DNA of 64,000 bases from Candidatus Kaiserbacteria bacterium (GCA_028286865.1 JAQBQU010000019.1:6930-70929); one strand, 5' to 3'; counted from the first letter of the stretch, positions 27,862-36,413 are shown. Notes: a model not told the origin generated them from the sequence alone. A program made the numbers and translations.

Positions 27862-27887
27862 CCGATCGGGGAGGGTAGAAAAGATGA

Positions 27888-28337
27888 TTACTTGTTGACT
27901 ATCCTATCGAAATCACCCAAAACAGATCCTCCTTTTCTTACGATATCTTGAGTGCGCTTTATCACAGTATTTCTATCGGTTCGGATCGCCGTGATCCATT
28001 TTCGCGAGGCGCCCGTGCGAGGGTCATGTGCCGCACCCCATTCGGTCAGATCGAGTAATAGCGGGATCAGATCCAGGCCTTTGGCCGTTAGGTGATACTC
28101 CTCCTTTCGCTGATCGATCTTACTGAGCGACTTACTAAGGATCCCTTTTTTCTCCAGGACCGCCAGCCGATGAGCGAGTACGCTCGTTCCGATGCGCTCC
28201 GCCGATCCCAAGAATTCACCGTATGTGTTTTTGCCAAAGTACACGATGTCGCGCACGATAAGTAGCGACCATGGGTCGCCAAACGTCTCCAGAGCAAAAT
28301 TTATTGCACAGTCTGATTTCCTGTCCGTTCGTTTCAT
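27888..28337 (-). CDS. HxlR-family transcriptional regulator
   Basis: CAINFALETFGDPWSLLIVRDI...EYHLTAKG winged-helix pattern. Divergent from a hydrolase gene. Confidence 0.8.
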   Translation of the reverse strand: MKRTDRKSDCAINFALETFGDPWSLLIVRDIVYFGKNTYGEFLGSAERIGTSVLAHRLAVLEKKGILSKSLSKIDQRKEEYHLTAKGLDLIPLLLDLTEWGAAHDPRTGASRKWITAIRTDRNTVIKRTQDIVRKGGSVLGDFDRIVNK

Positions 28338-28357
28338 GTGAACAGTGTATCACATTC

Positions 28358-28378
28358 ACTTACATTATGAAAGTAAGT
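28358..28378. promoter_or_regulatory. Candidate operator in the HxlR/hydrolase divergent region
   Basis: Inverted repeat ACTTAC-N9-GTAAGT, with a second repeat, ATGTGA-N7-TCACAT, at about 28336-28354. Confidence 0.35.
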
Positions 28379-28421
28379 ATGATACGCTGATCATAAGACA
28401 TTAGCAATAAGGAAACCAATT

Positions 28422-29198
28422 ATGAATACTGTTATTTCCAAAGACGGGACAAAGATCGCTTATGATCGCACCGGAATTGGGCCCGCGCTCATACTGGTCG
28501 GAGGTGCATTACAGCATAGATCCGACCAATTGATGGGCCGATTAGCGCCCCTGCTCGCAAAAGATTTTACCGTTATCAGCTATGACCGCCGTGGTCGGGG
28601 AGACAGTACCGATGGAAGATCATACGCTACTGATCGGGAGATCGAGGATCTTGAATCCGTGATTACAGAAGCCGGCGGATCAGCATACGTTTTTGGCATG
28701 TCATCCGGAGGAATTTTGGCACTTTTGGCAGCTACGAAACTGCCCTACATCACGAAGATCGCGGTATACGAAGCGCCTTTTATATCTGATCAAGAGATAG
28801 GCACAGGTGCGGCAGAATACACGGCGCAGCTTAAGGAGGCTGTAGCAGGTGATGAGCGCAGCAAGGCAGTGAAGCTATTTATGAAGCGAATCGGTATGCC
28901 GGCACCGATACTTTTTATAATGCGCCTTATGCCCATGTGGTCACAATTGAAAAAACTCGCGCCGACACTTGTGTACGACGCGCTCATTGTGGGCGATGGT
29001 AGTGTGCCTCAACAATTCGCATCTATTACCGCCCCGACTCTATTGGTGACCGGGATGTCCGATCCAATGAAGGAAGGTGCTCGGGCAGCTGCCGGCATAC
29101 TTCCCAACGCACAACACAAGGTACTTGAAGGACAAACACACAACGTCAAGCCGGATGTACTTGCGCCCGTGTTGAGAACTTTCTTCAAAGGAAACTAA
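28422..29198 (+). CDS. Alpha/beta hydrolase
   Basis: GMSSGG nucleophile elbow in a 258-aa alpha/beta fold. AAGGAA SD before the ATG, unlike the leaderless neighbours. Confidence 0.75.
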   Translation: MNTVISKDGTKIAYDRTGIGPALILVGGALQHRSDQLMGRLAPLLAKDFTVISYDRRGRGDSTDGRSYATDREIEDLESVITEAGGSAYVFGMSSGGILALLAATKLPYITKIAVYEAPFISDQEIGTGAAEYTAQLKEAVAGDERSKAVKLFMKRIGMPAPILFIMRLMPMWSQLKKLAPTLVYDALIVGDGSVPQQFASITAPTLLVTGMSDPMKEGARAAAGILPNAQHKVLEGQTHNVKPDVLAPVLRTFFKGN

Positions 29199-29273
29199 CG
29201 AAGTGATGAGTCGTCTGGTATTTCACGAACTCGGGCTATTCAGGAATAAATATGTGCGTTATCATCGGCATCT

Positions 29274-29951
29274 ATGCAGGATGATCACGAACACGATCAC
29301 GACCATAATCATGGTCACCACGACCACGATACTCATTCAGAACACGGCCACAGTCATGGTCTCGTAGACGAATCCATTATCCGATCAAAAGAAGGGGTAA
29401 AAGCGGTAAGTATCAGTCTCGCGGTCCTACTCGCCGCCTCGTTGATACAAGTGGGTATTTTCTCCATAACCAATTCCGTCTCGCTGCTCGCGGACGTGAT
29501 ACACAATTTCGGCGATGCGCTCACGGCGGTGCCGCTCGCGATCGCGTTCTTGCTGCGAAACAAGGTGGCGGAGAAATATTCCGGCTATTTCGTAGTCGGC
29601 GCTATTTTCATTAGTGCCTGTGTCGCCGGTTATACCGCGTTTGATCGGTTGATCCATCCACACATGGTCTCGCACTTGTATGCGCTTATCGCAGCAGGAA
29701 TTATCGGCTTCTTAGGCAATGAAATTGCTGCAGTCATCCGACTTCGGGCAGGGAAGCACCTGAATAGTCCGGCGCTTATCGCCGACGGCGATCACGCGCG
29801 CGTCGATGGTCTCGTGAGTCTTTCGGTCGTTGCAAGCGGAATTCTGGTAGCACTCGGATCGCAGATCGCGGACCCTGTCATCGGCCTGCTCATGACCGCT
29901 CTTATTCTCAGGATCACGTGGCAGTCATACGAGACCATTCGAAACGTCTAA
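29274..29951 (+). CDS. Cation diffusion facilitator transporter (short; no obvious cytoplasmic C-terminal domain)
   Basis: His/Asp-rich N-terminus (DHEHDHDHNHGHHDHD) and a TM core with the HNFGDALTA and ADGDHARVD motifs. Confidence 0.7.
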   Translation: MQDDHEHDHDHNHGHHDHDTHSEHGHSHGLVDESIIRSKEGVKAVSISLAVLLAASLIQVGIFSITNSVSLLADVIHNFGDALTAVPLAIAFLLRNKVAEKYSGYFVVGAIFISACVAGYTAFDRLIHPHMVSHLYALIAAGIIGFLGNEIAAVIRLRAGKHLNSPALIADGDHARVDGLVSLSVVASGILVALGSQIADPVIGLLMTALILRITWQSYETIRNV

Positions 29952-29957
29952 CATCTT

Positions 29958-30425
29958 TTACTGAATATAAGTGGCAAGTTTTTCGAGCTGCTGCGTAAAG
30001 CCCGCTTCCATGCCCTGCACGGCCATTCCTGCTTTCGGACCAGTTTTGAGAATAGCGGCTTTAATTTCGATCTTTGTCTTGCCGTCTACCTCGCGCAACA
30101 CGATCTCAGTCGTCTGATCGATGAGTGTTTCTTCTTTCATGCCCTCGGTCCATGCTTGGGCCGTATAGGAAAGCTTCGCATTCGGTTCGACTTCGGTGAA
30201 TTCTGCGAGCATTGGCCACTTCGTGCCTTTGTACGGTCCCATCGCTTCGCCCGCTTCCATCACGATGTAAAATTTTCCGCCGACTCGCAGATCTACTTCA
30301 CATTCGGGAATGCTGACGTTGTTCGGCCCCCACCATTGCATCAGCTCTTTCGGATCGGTCCATGCCTTCCATACTTTCTCGATCGGGGCGTCCACTGTTC
30401 TCTCGATCGTAATTGCTTTTTCCAT
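29958..30425 (-). CDS. SRPBCC / AHSA1-domain protein
   Basis: ITIERTVDAPIEKVWKAWTDPKELMQWWGP is typical of the family. Downstream of arsR-type regulator on the same strand. Confidence 0.75.
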   Translation of the reverse strand: MEKAITIERTVDAPIEKVWKAWTDPKELMQWWGPNNVSIPECEVDLRVGGKFYIVMEAGEAMGPYKGTKWPMLAEFTEVEPNAKLSYTAQAWTEGMKEETLIDQTTEIVLREVDGKTKIEIKAAILKTGPKAGMAVQGMEAGFTQQLEKLATYIQ

Positions 30426-30428
30426 ACA

Positions 30429-30755
30429 TTATTTATTAGGTTTTAAAAACTCTTCTAATCGGTCTATTTTTTCCTCCCACAAGATTCGGTACTGCGCTAA
30501 GTACGTATCTGCCCTGCCCAGTCCGGCAGGGGAGAGTTCGACCTTTTGCTCGCGTCCGCTCCGGCGTTTTCGCACGAGCCGTGCCCGCTCGAGCACTTGG
30601 AGGTGTTTGGAAACGGCCGCAAAGGTAAGGTCATAATGCTGCGCGAGTTCACCCACGGTGTGCTCGCGCGGCCGCAAACGGCGCAATATATCGCGCCGCG
30701 TCGGATCGGCGAGCGACTGGAATATCACATCAAGATCCTTGCTATATTCAACCAT
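30429..30755 (-). CDS. ArsR/SmtB-family transcriptional regulator
   Basis: FQSLADPTRRDILRRL...VSKHLQVLERARLV. I chose the internal Met at 30755 because a consensus promoter lies just upstream. Confidence 0.75.
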   Translation of the reverse strand: MVEYSKDLDVIFQSLADPTRRDILRRLRPREHTVGELAQHYDLTFAAVSKHLQVLERARLVRKRRSGREQKVELSPAGLGRADTYLAQYRILWEEKIDRLEEFLKPNK

Positions 30756-30762
30756 ATAGTTG

Positions 30763-30791
30763 AATATATACCGCGCCGCATGAGGTGTCAA
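30763..30791 (-). promoter_or_regulatory. Promoter of the arsR-SRPBCC operon
   Basis: On the minus strand: TTGACA, 17-nt spacer, TATATT, then 7 nt to the ATG. Confidence 0.55.
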
Positions 30792-30878
30792 TGCGGACAC
30801 TCGCTGCTTTTGTCGGACGTCGACAGCTTTCGCAAAACGATATGAATGTTTCTGCAGTACATATGCTAGCCTAAATAC

Positions 30879-31454
30879 ATGTCGGATACTCGAACAGATC
30901 AAGAACTCGTGGTAGCGGCGCTGAAAGACCGCCACGCGTTCATTGAGATCGTAGAGCGATACCAAGCTGCGCTCAGTCGCTATATAGCGCGTCTCGGCAT
31001 CACTGATGCTGATACCGTGAAAGACCTCCTGCAGGAATCATTTATCAAGGCCTATATAAACCTCAATGATTACAACCGATCATTTTCGCTCAGCGGCTGG
31101 CTGTATCGCATCGTTCACAATGAAGTGATCGATCATTTCCGAAAGCAGAAGCACCGCCCTCATTCTGTGGAGCGGGAAGATGATCTCGTGCTCTTCGACA
31201 AAATTGTTGACGAATTTGATATAGAGAAAGAACTCGACGGGCGCAAACGTCAGTACGTCATGCGAGAGGCACTCGACACCCTCGAGCAGCACTATCGCGA
31301 CGTCATCGTGCTCCGGTATTTTGAAGAGAAATCGTATGATGAGATCTCGGATATTCTGAGGATCCCGAGCGGGACCGTGGCGACCTACCTCAGTCGGGCA
31401 AAGTCGAAGCTCAAAGCGGTGTTAATGCGATTATATGATCAGCGTATACTGTAA
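30879..31454 (+). CDS. ECF-type RNA polymerase sigma-70 factor
   Basis: Region 2 (LLQESFIKAY...WLYRIVHNEVIDHFRK) and region 4 (SYDEISDILRIPSGTVATYLSRAK). Confidence 0.85.
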   Translation: MSDTRTDQELVVAALKDRHAFIEIVERYQAALSRYIARLGITDADTVKDLLQESFIKAYINLNDYNRSFSLSGWLYRIVHNEVIDHFRKQKHRPHSVEREDDLVLFDKIVDEFDIEKELDGRKRQYVMREALDTLEQHYRDVIVLRYFEEKSYDEISDILRIPSGTVATYLSRAKSKLKAVLMRLYDQRIL

Positions 31455-31457
31455 ATT

Positions 31458-31931
31458 ATGAACACATTATCTGAACAGATCGCCAAAGAACTCGAGTCAC
31501 GGGGCGCATCGCCGAAGCCGCGTTGGCATTTCCTTGTAGCGCGGGGGACCTTTTGGCTGCTTGCGGTCACATCGGTGTTGATCGGCGGCATCGCGTTTGC
31601 CGTGGCATCATTCGTCTTCTTTGACAACGACGGAGCGAGCATGAGCGTGCTCGAACGATCATCCATATACGACATTGCACAGAGCATTCCATTTGTATGG
31701 CTCGCGATATTCGGACTCTTCACGGCGAGTACGTACGCCGGCTTTCGTAACACACGCTCAGGATACAAATATGCGACATCACTCGTGATCATAGTCGCAA
31801 TACTCGCGAGTATTGCGCTGGGATTACTACTCAACACGCTCGACTTCGGACAAAATGTCCACCGCTATTTGCTCGAGCACACAAGCTTTTATGATCCGCT
31901 CATTCACTCACGTGAAGACCTGCCTGATTAG
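31458..31931 (+). CDS. Membrane protein, candidate anti-sigma factor
   Basis: Starts 4 nt after the sigma gene and has about 4 TM segments. The function is inferred from position only. Confidence 0.35.
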   Translation: MNTLSEQIAKELESRGASPKPRWHFLVARGTFWLLAVTSVLIGGIAFAVASFVFFDNDGASMSVLERSSIYDIAQSIPFVWLAIFGLFTASTYAGFRNTRSGYKYATSLVIIVAILASIALGLLLNTLDFGQNVHRYLLEHTSFYDPLIHSREDLPD

Positions 31932-32008
31932 GGCCTGAAAGGAAATCCCGCCGGGTAGCGTACTACTAATATGGGCGAAAGCCCGCAATTAGCAGTTAGT
32001 ATTACACT

Positions 32009-32326
32009 ATGGTTTTATCGAGAACATATATTGCGATCGTGGTCGCATTTGCAGTGGGAGTCATCGGGGCGGTAGGATTCTCTGTTCATGCGCAAAGCAT
32101 TCCAGCCACTACAACTACCGATCAGGTAGCGGCAGTGAGCACTACAGCGACCCAGGTCTCTGATGGTGATGGGGAACAGCCGGATGCTACGGAAGCATCC
32201 GCCCAGGATGCTTCCGGTACCGATCTTGAGACCGCAGATGACGGTCAGACCGGTTCTGCCGACGCGACCGATGCCCCTGACGCCCCGGACACAGGCTCGT
32301 CCGGCTCAGAGGTACAGGGGGATTAG
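32009..32326 (+). CDS. Membrane-anchored acidic low-complexity protein
   Basis: N-terminal TM/signal segment followed by a T/D/A/G-rich tail (DGDGEQPDATEASAQDASGTDLETADDG). Confidence 0.4.
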   Translation: MVLSRTYIAIVVAFAVGVIGAVGFSVHAQSIPATTTTDQVAAVSTTATQVSDGDGEQPDATEASAQDASGTDLETADDGQTGSADATDAPDAPDTGSSGSEVQGD

Positions 32327-32343
32327 TCGAAAGACTGCACGAA

Positions 32344-32375
32344 ATGTACCAGGGCCTGACCCCGCCCTGGTACAT
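32344..32375 (+). terminator. Hairpin terminator
   Basis: ATGTACCAGGGC-ctgacccc-GCCCTGGTACAT, a perfect 12-bp stem followed by TTCTT. Confidence 0.6.
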
Positions 32376-32404
32376 TCTTGTGTTATATTTTTATATATTG
32401 CACT

Positions 32405-33175
32405 ATGAATACAACTCTCAGGCAAATGCTCAATAAGGTCCCGGAAATCACTCTTTATTTCTGGATCATCAAAATACTCTGTACGACCGTCGGCGAGACA
32501 GCGGCGGATTTCTTGAACACTGCACTCGGTTTCGGACTCACCAACACGACCTATGTGATGGGAGCGATCCTCATTGCGGTGCTCATCGCGCAATTCAGAT
32601 CCTCGAAATATGTGCCCTCGGTCTATTGGCTCGCCGTGGTGCTCCTGAGCGTTGTCGGTACGCTCATCACCGACAATCTCACCGATAATTTCGGCGTCTC
32701 ACTCGTCACGACCACCGTCATATTTGCGATCGCACTCGCGGCTATATTCGCGGGATGGTATGCGAGCGAAAAAACGCTCTCTATCCACAGCATCGTCACG
32801 ACGCGTCGCGAAACGTTCTACTGGCTCGCAATTCTTTTCACGTTTGCCTTGGGCACGGCCGCAGGAGATCTGAGTGCCGAGCGTTTCGCGCTCGGGTATC
32901 TGACATCGGCCCTTATCTTCGGCGGCTTGATCGCCATAATCTATGCAGCGTATCGATTTCGTCTCAATGCGGTCTTGGCATTCTGGCTCGCGTACATTCT
33001 CACGCGCCCCCTCGGCGCATCGATCGGCGACTATCTCTCGCAATCTCCCGATGACGGCGGCCTCGGATTGGGGACGACCACTACGAGCTTTATATTCCTC
33101 GCCGCAATTCTGCTGCTCGTGATATATCTCACGGTAACAAAAAGGGATCGTATACAAACGCAGATAACTACATAA
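32405..33175 (+). CDS. Polytopic membrane protein (COG4705-like)
   Basis: Two repeats of the TxGETAADF / GTAAGDL motif in TM context. The track start at 32378 precedes the likely -10 box. Confidence 0.5.
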   Translation: MNTTLRQMLNKVPEITLYFWIIKILCTTVGETAADFLNTALGFGLTNTTYVMGAILIAVLIAQFRSSKYVPSVYWLAVVLLSVVGTLITDNLTDNFGVSLVTTTVIFAIALAAIFAGWYASEKTLSIHSIVTTRRETFYWLAILFTFALGTAAGDLSAERFALGYLTSALIFGGLIAIIYAAYRFRLNAVLAFWLAYILTRPLGASIGDYLSQSPDDGGLGLGTTTTSFIFLAAILLLVIYLTVTKRDRIQTQITT

Positions 33176-33226
33176 GTTCAATTTTCACCTGATTCTCAAT
33201 CAAATATAGTCTGGTAGAATTCTCGC

Positions 33227-33574
33227 ATGTCAGGATTCCGCACGCCCGAGAGCCAGGCTGAATACGAGCGGGTATTGCCGGAGATACTCAGTCATGGATG
33301 TCCGTTGTGCACGAAGCAGGCCGTAGAATCGTTCGTACATTGGAAGATCGTCACCGATGACTTTCCGTACAACAAGATCGCGAAATTGCATCATGTGCTC
33401 ACGCCGCTGCGACATGTGTTAGAGCGAGAGCTGAACGGCGAAGAACGTCAGGAATATCACGATATTAAGGAGGAGCAGCTAGAAGGGAAATATGAATACG
33501 TAATTGAGCCGATCGGCCAGCACCGTTCGGTCCCGGGACATTTTCACACGCACCTGATCGTCTCGCTCGATTAA
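33227..33574 (+). CDS. Small HIT-like protein
   Basis: C-terminal GHFHTHLI histidine-triad-like motif. TAGAAT + 6 nt + ATG. Confidence 0.4.
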   Translation: MSGFRTPESQAEYERVLPEILSHGCPLCTKQAVESFVHWKIVTDDFPYNKIAKLHHVLTPLRHVLERELNGEERQEYHDIKEEQLEGKYEYVIEPIGQHRSVPGHFHTHLIVSLD

Positions 33575-33575
33575 C

Positions 33576-33998
33576 ATGCACATTCTTTTTGTGTGTCAGG
33601 GCAATGTAAATCGCAGTCAGATGGCTGCCACTATAATGCGAGCTTTGCGACCGGATATCGAAGTGGTGTCTGCGGGTGTCATGGCAGAGAACGCGGGAGA
33701 TATGGTATCTGATGTATCCGAGAAGGGTATAGAGGTGATGAAAGAGCTCGGCTATGATATGTCGCACAATAAAATATCGCAGCTTGAACCGCAGATGGTT
33801 GATGCAGCCGAGAGGGTAATACTCATGGGCGAACTTCCTGAATCCGCCGCGCCGGATTATTTGAAGAATTCTCCGAAGCTCGAAACGTGGGACGTGCCTG
33901 ATCCCGGATACGGACACATCACCCATGCAGCTGCGCGCGATATGATCCTGGAAAAAGTGAAAGACCTCGCGGAGCGGGTCGGGCACGAGCATAAATAA
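33576..33998 (+). CDS. Low-molecular-weight phosphotyrosine phosphatase / arsenate reductase family
   Basis: N-terminal ILFVCQGNVNRS is the CX5R(S) P-loop. Confidence 0.8.
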   Translation: MHILFVCQGNVNRSQMAATIMRALRPDIEVVSAGVMAENAGDMVSDVSEKGIEVMKELGYDMSHNKISQLEPQMVDAAERVILMGELPESAAPDYLKNSPKLETWDVPDPGYGHITHAAARDMILEKVKDLAERVGHEHK

Positions 33999-34001
33999 AA
34001 A

Positions 34002-34025
34002 ATCCGCCGCATTGCTGCGGCGGAT
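34002..34025. terminator. Bidirectional terminator
   Basis: ATCCGCCGCA-ttgc-TGCGGCGGAT, preceded by an A run, between convergent genes. Confidence 0.75.
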
Positions 34026-34047
34026 CATATTCTCACAGTTGGGCAGT

Positions 34048-34785
34048 TCAGGCCGGTTCGCGTTTATTGATGATCTTCACGACCGACGGGTCGCCGTTGA
34101 TCGGGATCATTTTTACGACCAATGCCACACGGTTGTCGCGATCGAGCAGATCCCAATACTGCTCGGCGATCTCGGTGATCCCGCCACGCAGCGGGATGAG
34201 AAGTGGCTGTCCGTAGTAGGGCGGAGTCGGTGTGCCGTTCTGCTCGTACGTGCGAATATAGTGACCATATCCGGCCGGGATCAAAGGATAGGTCCACAGC
34301 GCATGTTCGGGGACTTTATAACCACGTTCCGAGGCTCGGATAATTCCGATCTGAAACAGAGGGTTCTTGCCGTTCGTAAAGACGGCGGCGATCCGCGCCG
34401 TAAGATTCGTATCCGGCTCATACGTTTCCTTCTGCAGCGCGGTGTAGAAGTTGCCGCTGCTGCCGATCATTTCCCTGACGATCGCTTTCGTGTGCCCGCC
34501 GTTGGACACAATGTAGTGTCCGTCTGCTTCAGCCATGGCGTCGTAGAAGAGAAGCGGGTTCTTGTCTTCTACCGGATCGATCGCATCGGTTTCAACGAGA
34601 CCGCTGCCGCTGTCTTTCAGGTAACGGTTCTTGTTGGGCTCGCTGCGGACCGTCACAATAAGCATCTCGACGCAGTTCCTGCCCGTGTCATCCAGGCCGA
34701 TCGCAAGCACTCGCCCTGGATACTGATTGTTCGCGAAGTTATCGAGGTTGAGTGCTGCAATATCTTTGTCATACTCTGCCGACAT
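34048..34785 (-). CDS. IMP cyclohydrolase-like protein (PurO family)
   Basis: YPGRVLAIGLDDTGRNCVEMLIVTVRSEPNKNRYL resembles the archaeal-type PurO N-terminus. AGGAG SD lies 7 nt before Met 34785. The 285-aa plus-strand ORF here is an antisense shadow. Confidence 0.55.
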   Translation of the reverse strand: MSAEYDKDIAALNLDNFANNQYPGRVLAIGLDDTGRNCVEMLIVTVRSEPNKNRYLKDSGSGLVETDAIDPVEDKNPLLFYDAMAEADGHYIVSNGGHTKAIVREMIGSSGNFYTALQKETYEPDTNLTARIAAVFTNGKNPLFQIGIIRASERGYKVPEHALWTYPLIPAGYGHYIRTYEQNGTPTPPYYGQPLLIPLRGGITEIAEQYWDLLDRDNRVALVVKMIPINGDPSVVKIINKREPA

Positions 34786-34881
34786 GGTGCCACTCCTGGT
34801 TGGCTGTTTACCCTGCCGGGAGGGTATCACGACGGCCCTTCCGGACAAAGCTCACACCATACCAAGTGATACAATTGATGC

Positions 34882-35268
34882 ATGCTTCAACACATCTCAG
34901 CGTTCAGCGGGTTTTCGGTCAAAGATATCGGGCAGGCAAAGGATTTTTATGAAAATGTGCTCGGCCTCGCGATTGAACAGTCGTCCGAAGGGCTGCAGGT
35001 ACAGTTCCAGGACGGTAAAGAAGTGTTTCTCTACCCAAAACAGGATCATGCGCCCGCGACATACACCGTGCTCAACTTCGTCGTCGAAGATATAAATACG
35101 GCCGTCGACCAACTCGCGCAAAAGGGTGTGACGCTTGAGAATTACGATTCGGGCCCGATGAAAGCCGACGAGAAAGGAATTTACCGCGGCAAAGCCGCCG
35201 GCTACGGGCCCGATATCGCCTGGTTCAAGGACCCTTCGGGCAACATTCTTTCGCTCATCCAGAACTGA
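34882..35268 (+). CDS. VOC (glyoxalase/bleomycin-resistance) family protein
   Basis: 128 aa (FSVKDIGQAKDFYENVLGL...WFKDPSGNILSL). TACAAT + 6 nt + ATG. Confidence 0.7.
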   Translation: MLQHISAFSGFSVKDIGQAKDFYENVLGLAIEQSSEGLQVQFQDGKEVFLYPKQDHAPATYTVLNFVVEDINTAVDQLAQKGVTLENYDSGPMKADEKGIYRGKAAGYGPDIAWFKDPSGNILSLIQN

Positions 35269-35280
35269 TCATTTGATGAT

Positions 35281-35667
35281 ATGCCACACGAGGATCTTTC
35301 GCAGTCCGTACCGGCGACTCAGTCTCCGGTCTGCCCGACATGCCACCAAGGCATCAAGCCCGAATATTATTTCTGCCCGAACTGCGGGACGATGCTTCAC
35401 CAGGCACCGCTTTCCACCGAACCCCTCGCGCAGTTCTGGATATATGCATTCAGTATCATTCTGCCGATGATCGCGTTCCTCTTTGTCACGCGGTGGCCGG
35501 GCATGAAGTATTACCGCTCGGAAGACCCGAAAGCCCGGCTCGTGGGGCAGGTCGCGTGGGTGTTGCTCGTCCTCTCGACGATCGGTACGTCGTGGTACAT
35601 CTACAATTGGACACAGAACGCGGTCAATACTGCCGTGAACAATATCAATACCGACATGAGCTTCTAG
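35281..35667 (+). CDS. Zinc-ribbon membrane protein
   Basis: CPTCHQG...CPNCG ribbon followed by two TM segments. Confidence 0.5.
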   Translation: MPHEDLSQSVPATQSPVCPTCHQGIKPEYYFCPNCGTMLHQAPLSTEPLAQFWIYAFSIILPMIAFLFVTRWPGMKYYRSEDPKARLVGQVAWVLLVLSTIGTSWYIYNWTQNAVNTAVNNINTDMSF

Positions 35668-35707
35668 CTTCACGGACGCGTCACTTATTACTCGCTACAC
35701 TACGATC

Positions 35708-36343
35708 ATGAAAATAACCAAACTCGGACATTGCTGCTTACTCATCGAGGACGGAGGAAAGACGATATTGACCGATCCGGGAAATTATTCGGATACGCAA
35801 AATACTATCAAGGGCATCGATATCGTCGTGATCACGCATGAGCACGGTGACCATTTGCACGTCGATTCACTCAAGGCCGTACTCGGCAACAACCTCGATG
35901 CGACGGTCGTGTGCAATTCTGCGGTAGGGCGTATTCTCGACAAGGAAGGTATCAAGTATCAGGTGATCGAAGGCATAGGTACCGCTGTCGTGAAAGATGT
36001 CGCCATCGAAGCATGCGACGGCAGGCATGAAGAAATATTCGAAGAGATAGGCCAAGTACAGAACACCGGATACATGCTCATGGATCGGCTCTATTATCCG
36101 GGCGATTCGTTCACGGCGCCGCAGAAACAGATAGAGATATTGGCGCTTCCGGTCGGCGGTCCGTGGTGCAAATTGCCCGATGCGCTCCATTTCATGCTGA
36201 GGGTCATGCCGAAGAAAGTATTTCCGGTCCATGACGGGATGTTGAAATCCGCCGGTATGCTGCCCTTGCTCAAAGATGCCGTCTTCGGCAAGCACAATAT
36301 CGAGCTGGTCATGATGGGCCCCGGAGATTCAAATGATTTTTAG
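35708..36343 (+). CDS. MBL-fold metallo-hydrolase
   Basis: ITHEHGDHLH (HxHxDH). TACACT + 6 nt + ATG. Confidence 0.75.
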   Translation: MKITKLGHCCLLIEDGGKTILTDPGNYSDTQNTIKGIDIVVITHEHGDHLHVDSLKAVLGNNLDATVVCNSAVGRILDKEGIKYQVIEGIGTAVVKDVAIEACDGRHEEIFEEIGQVQNTGYMLMDRLYYPGDSFTAPQKQIEILALPVGGPWCKLPDALHFMLRVMPKKVFPVHDGMLKSAGMLPLLKDAVFGKHNIELVMMGPGDSNDF

Positions 36344-36413
36344 CCCCGTTATTCTCTCCACAGGGGAATGTCTTGTTCGTCTAAAGAGAATCCACGAGTG
36401 ATATACTGCCGGC

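Noticed and set aside
24645-27887. Classifying the intergenic repeats as integron attC sites.
   Set aside because: GTCCAAC at 24654 fits RYYYAAC. However, the repeats lack paired inverted cores (no GTTRRRY partner and no foldable bottom-strand hairpin), some spacers are only 45 nt, most units carry their own promoter, and no intI is in the window. I report the array as cassette-like but unexplained rather than as an integron.
34012-34869. 285-aa plus-strand ORF overlapping the PurO-like gene.
   Set aside because: The minus-strand frame carries the recognisable IMP-cyclohydrolase-like N-terminus and an AGGAG SD. The plus-strand frame is Arg/Asp-rich and starts inside the bidirectional terminator.
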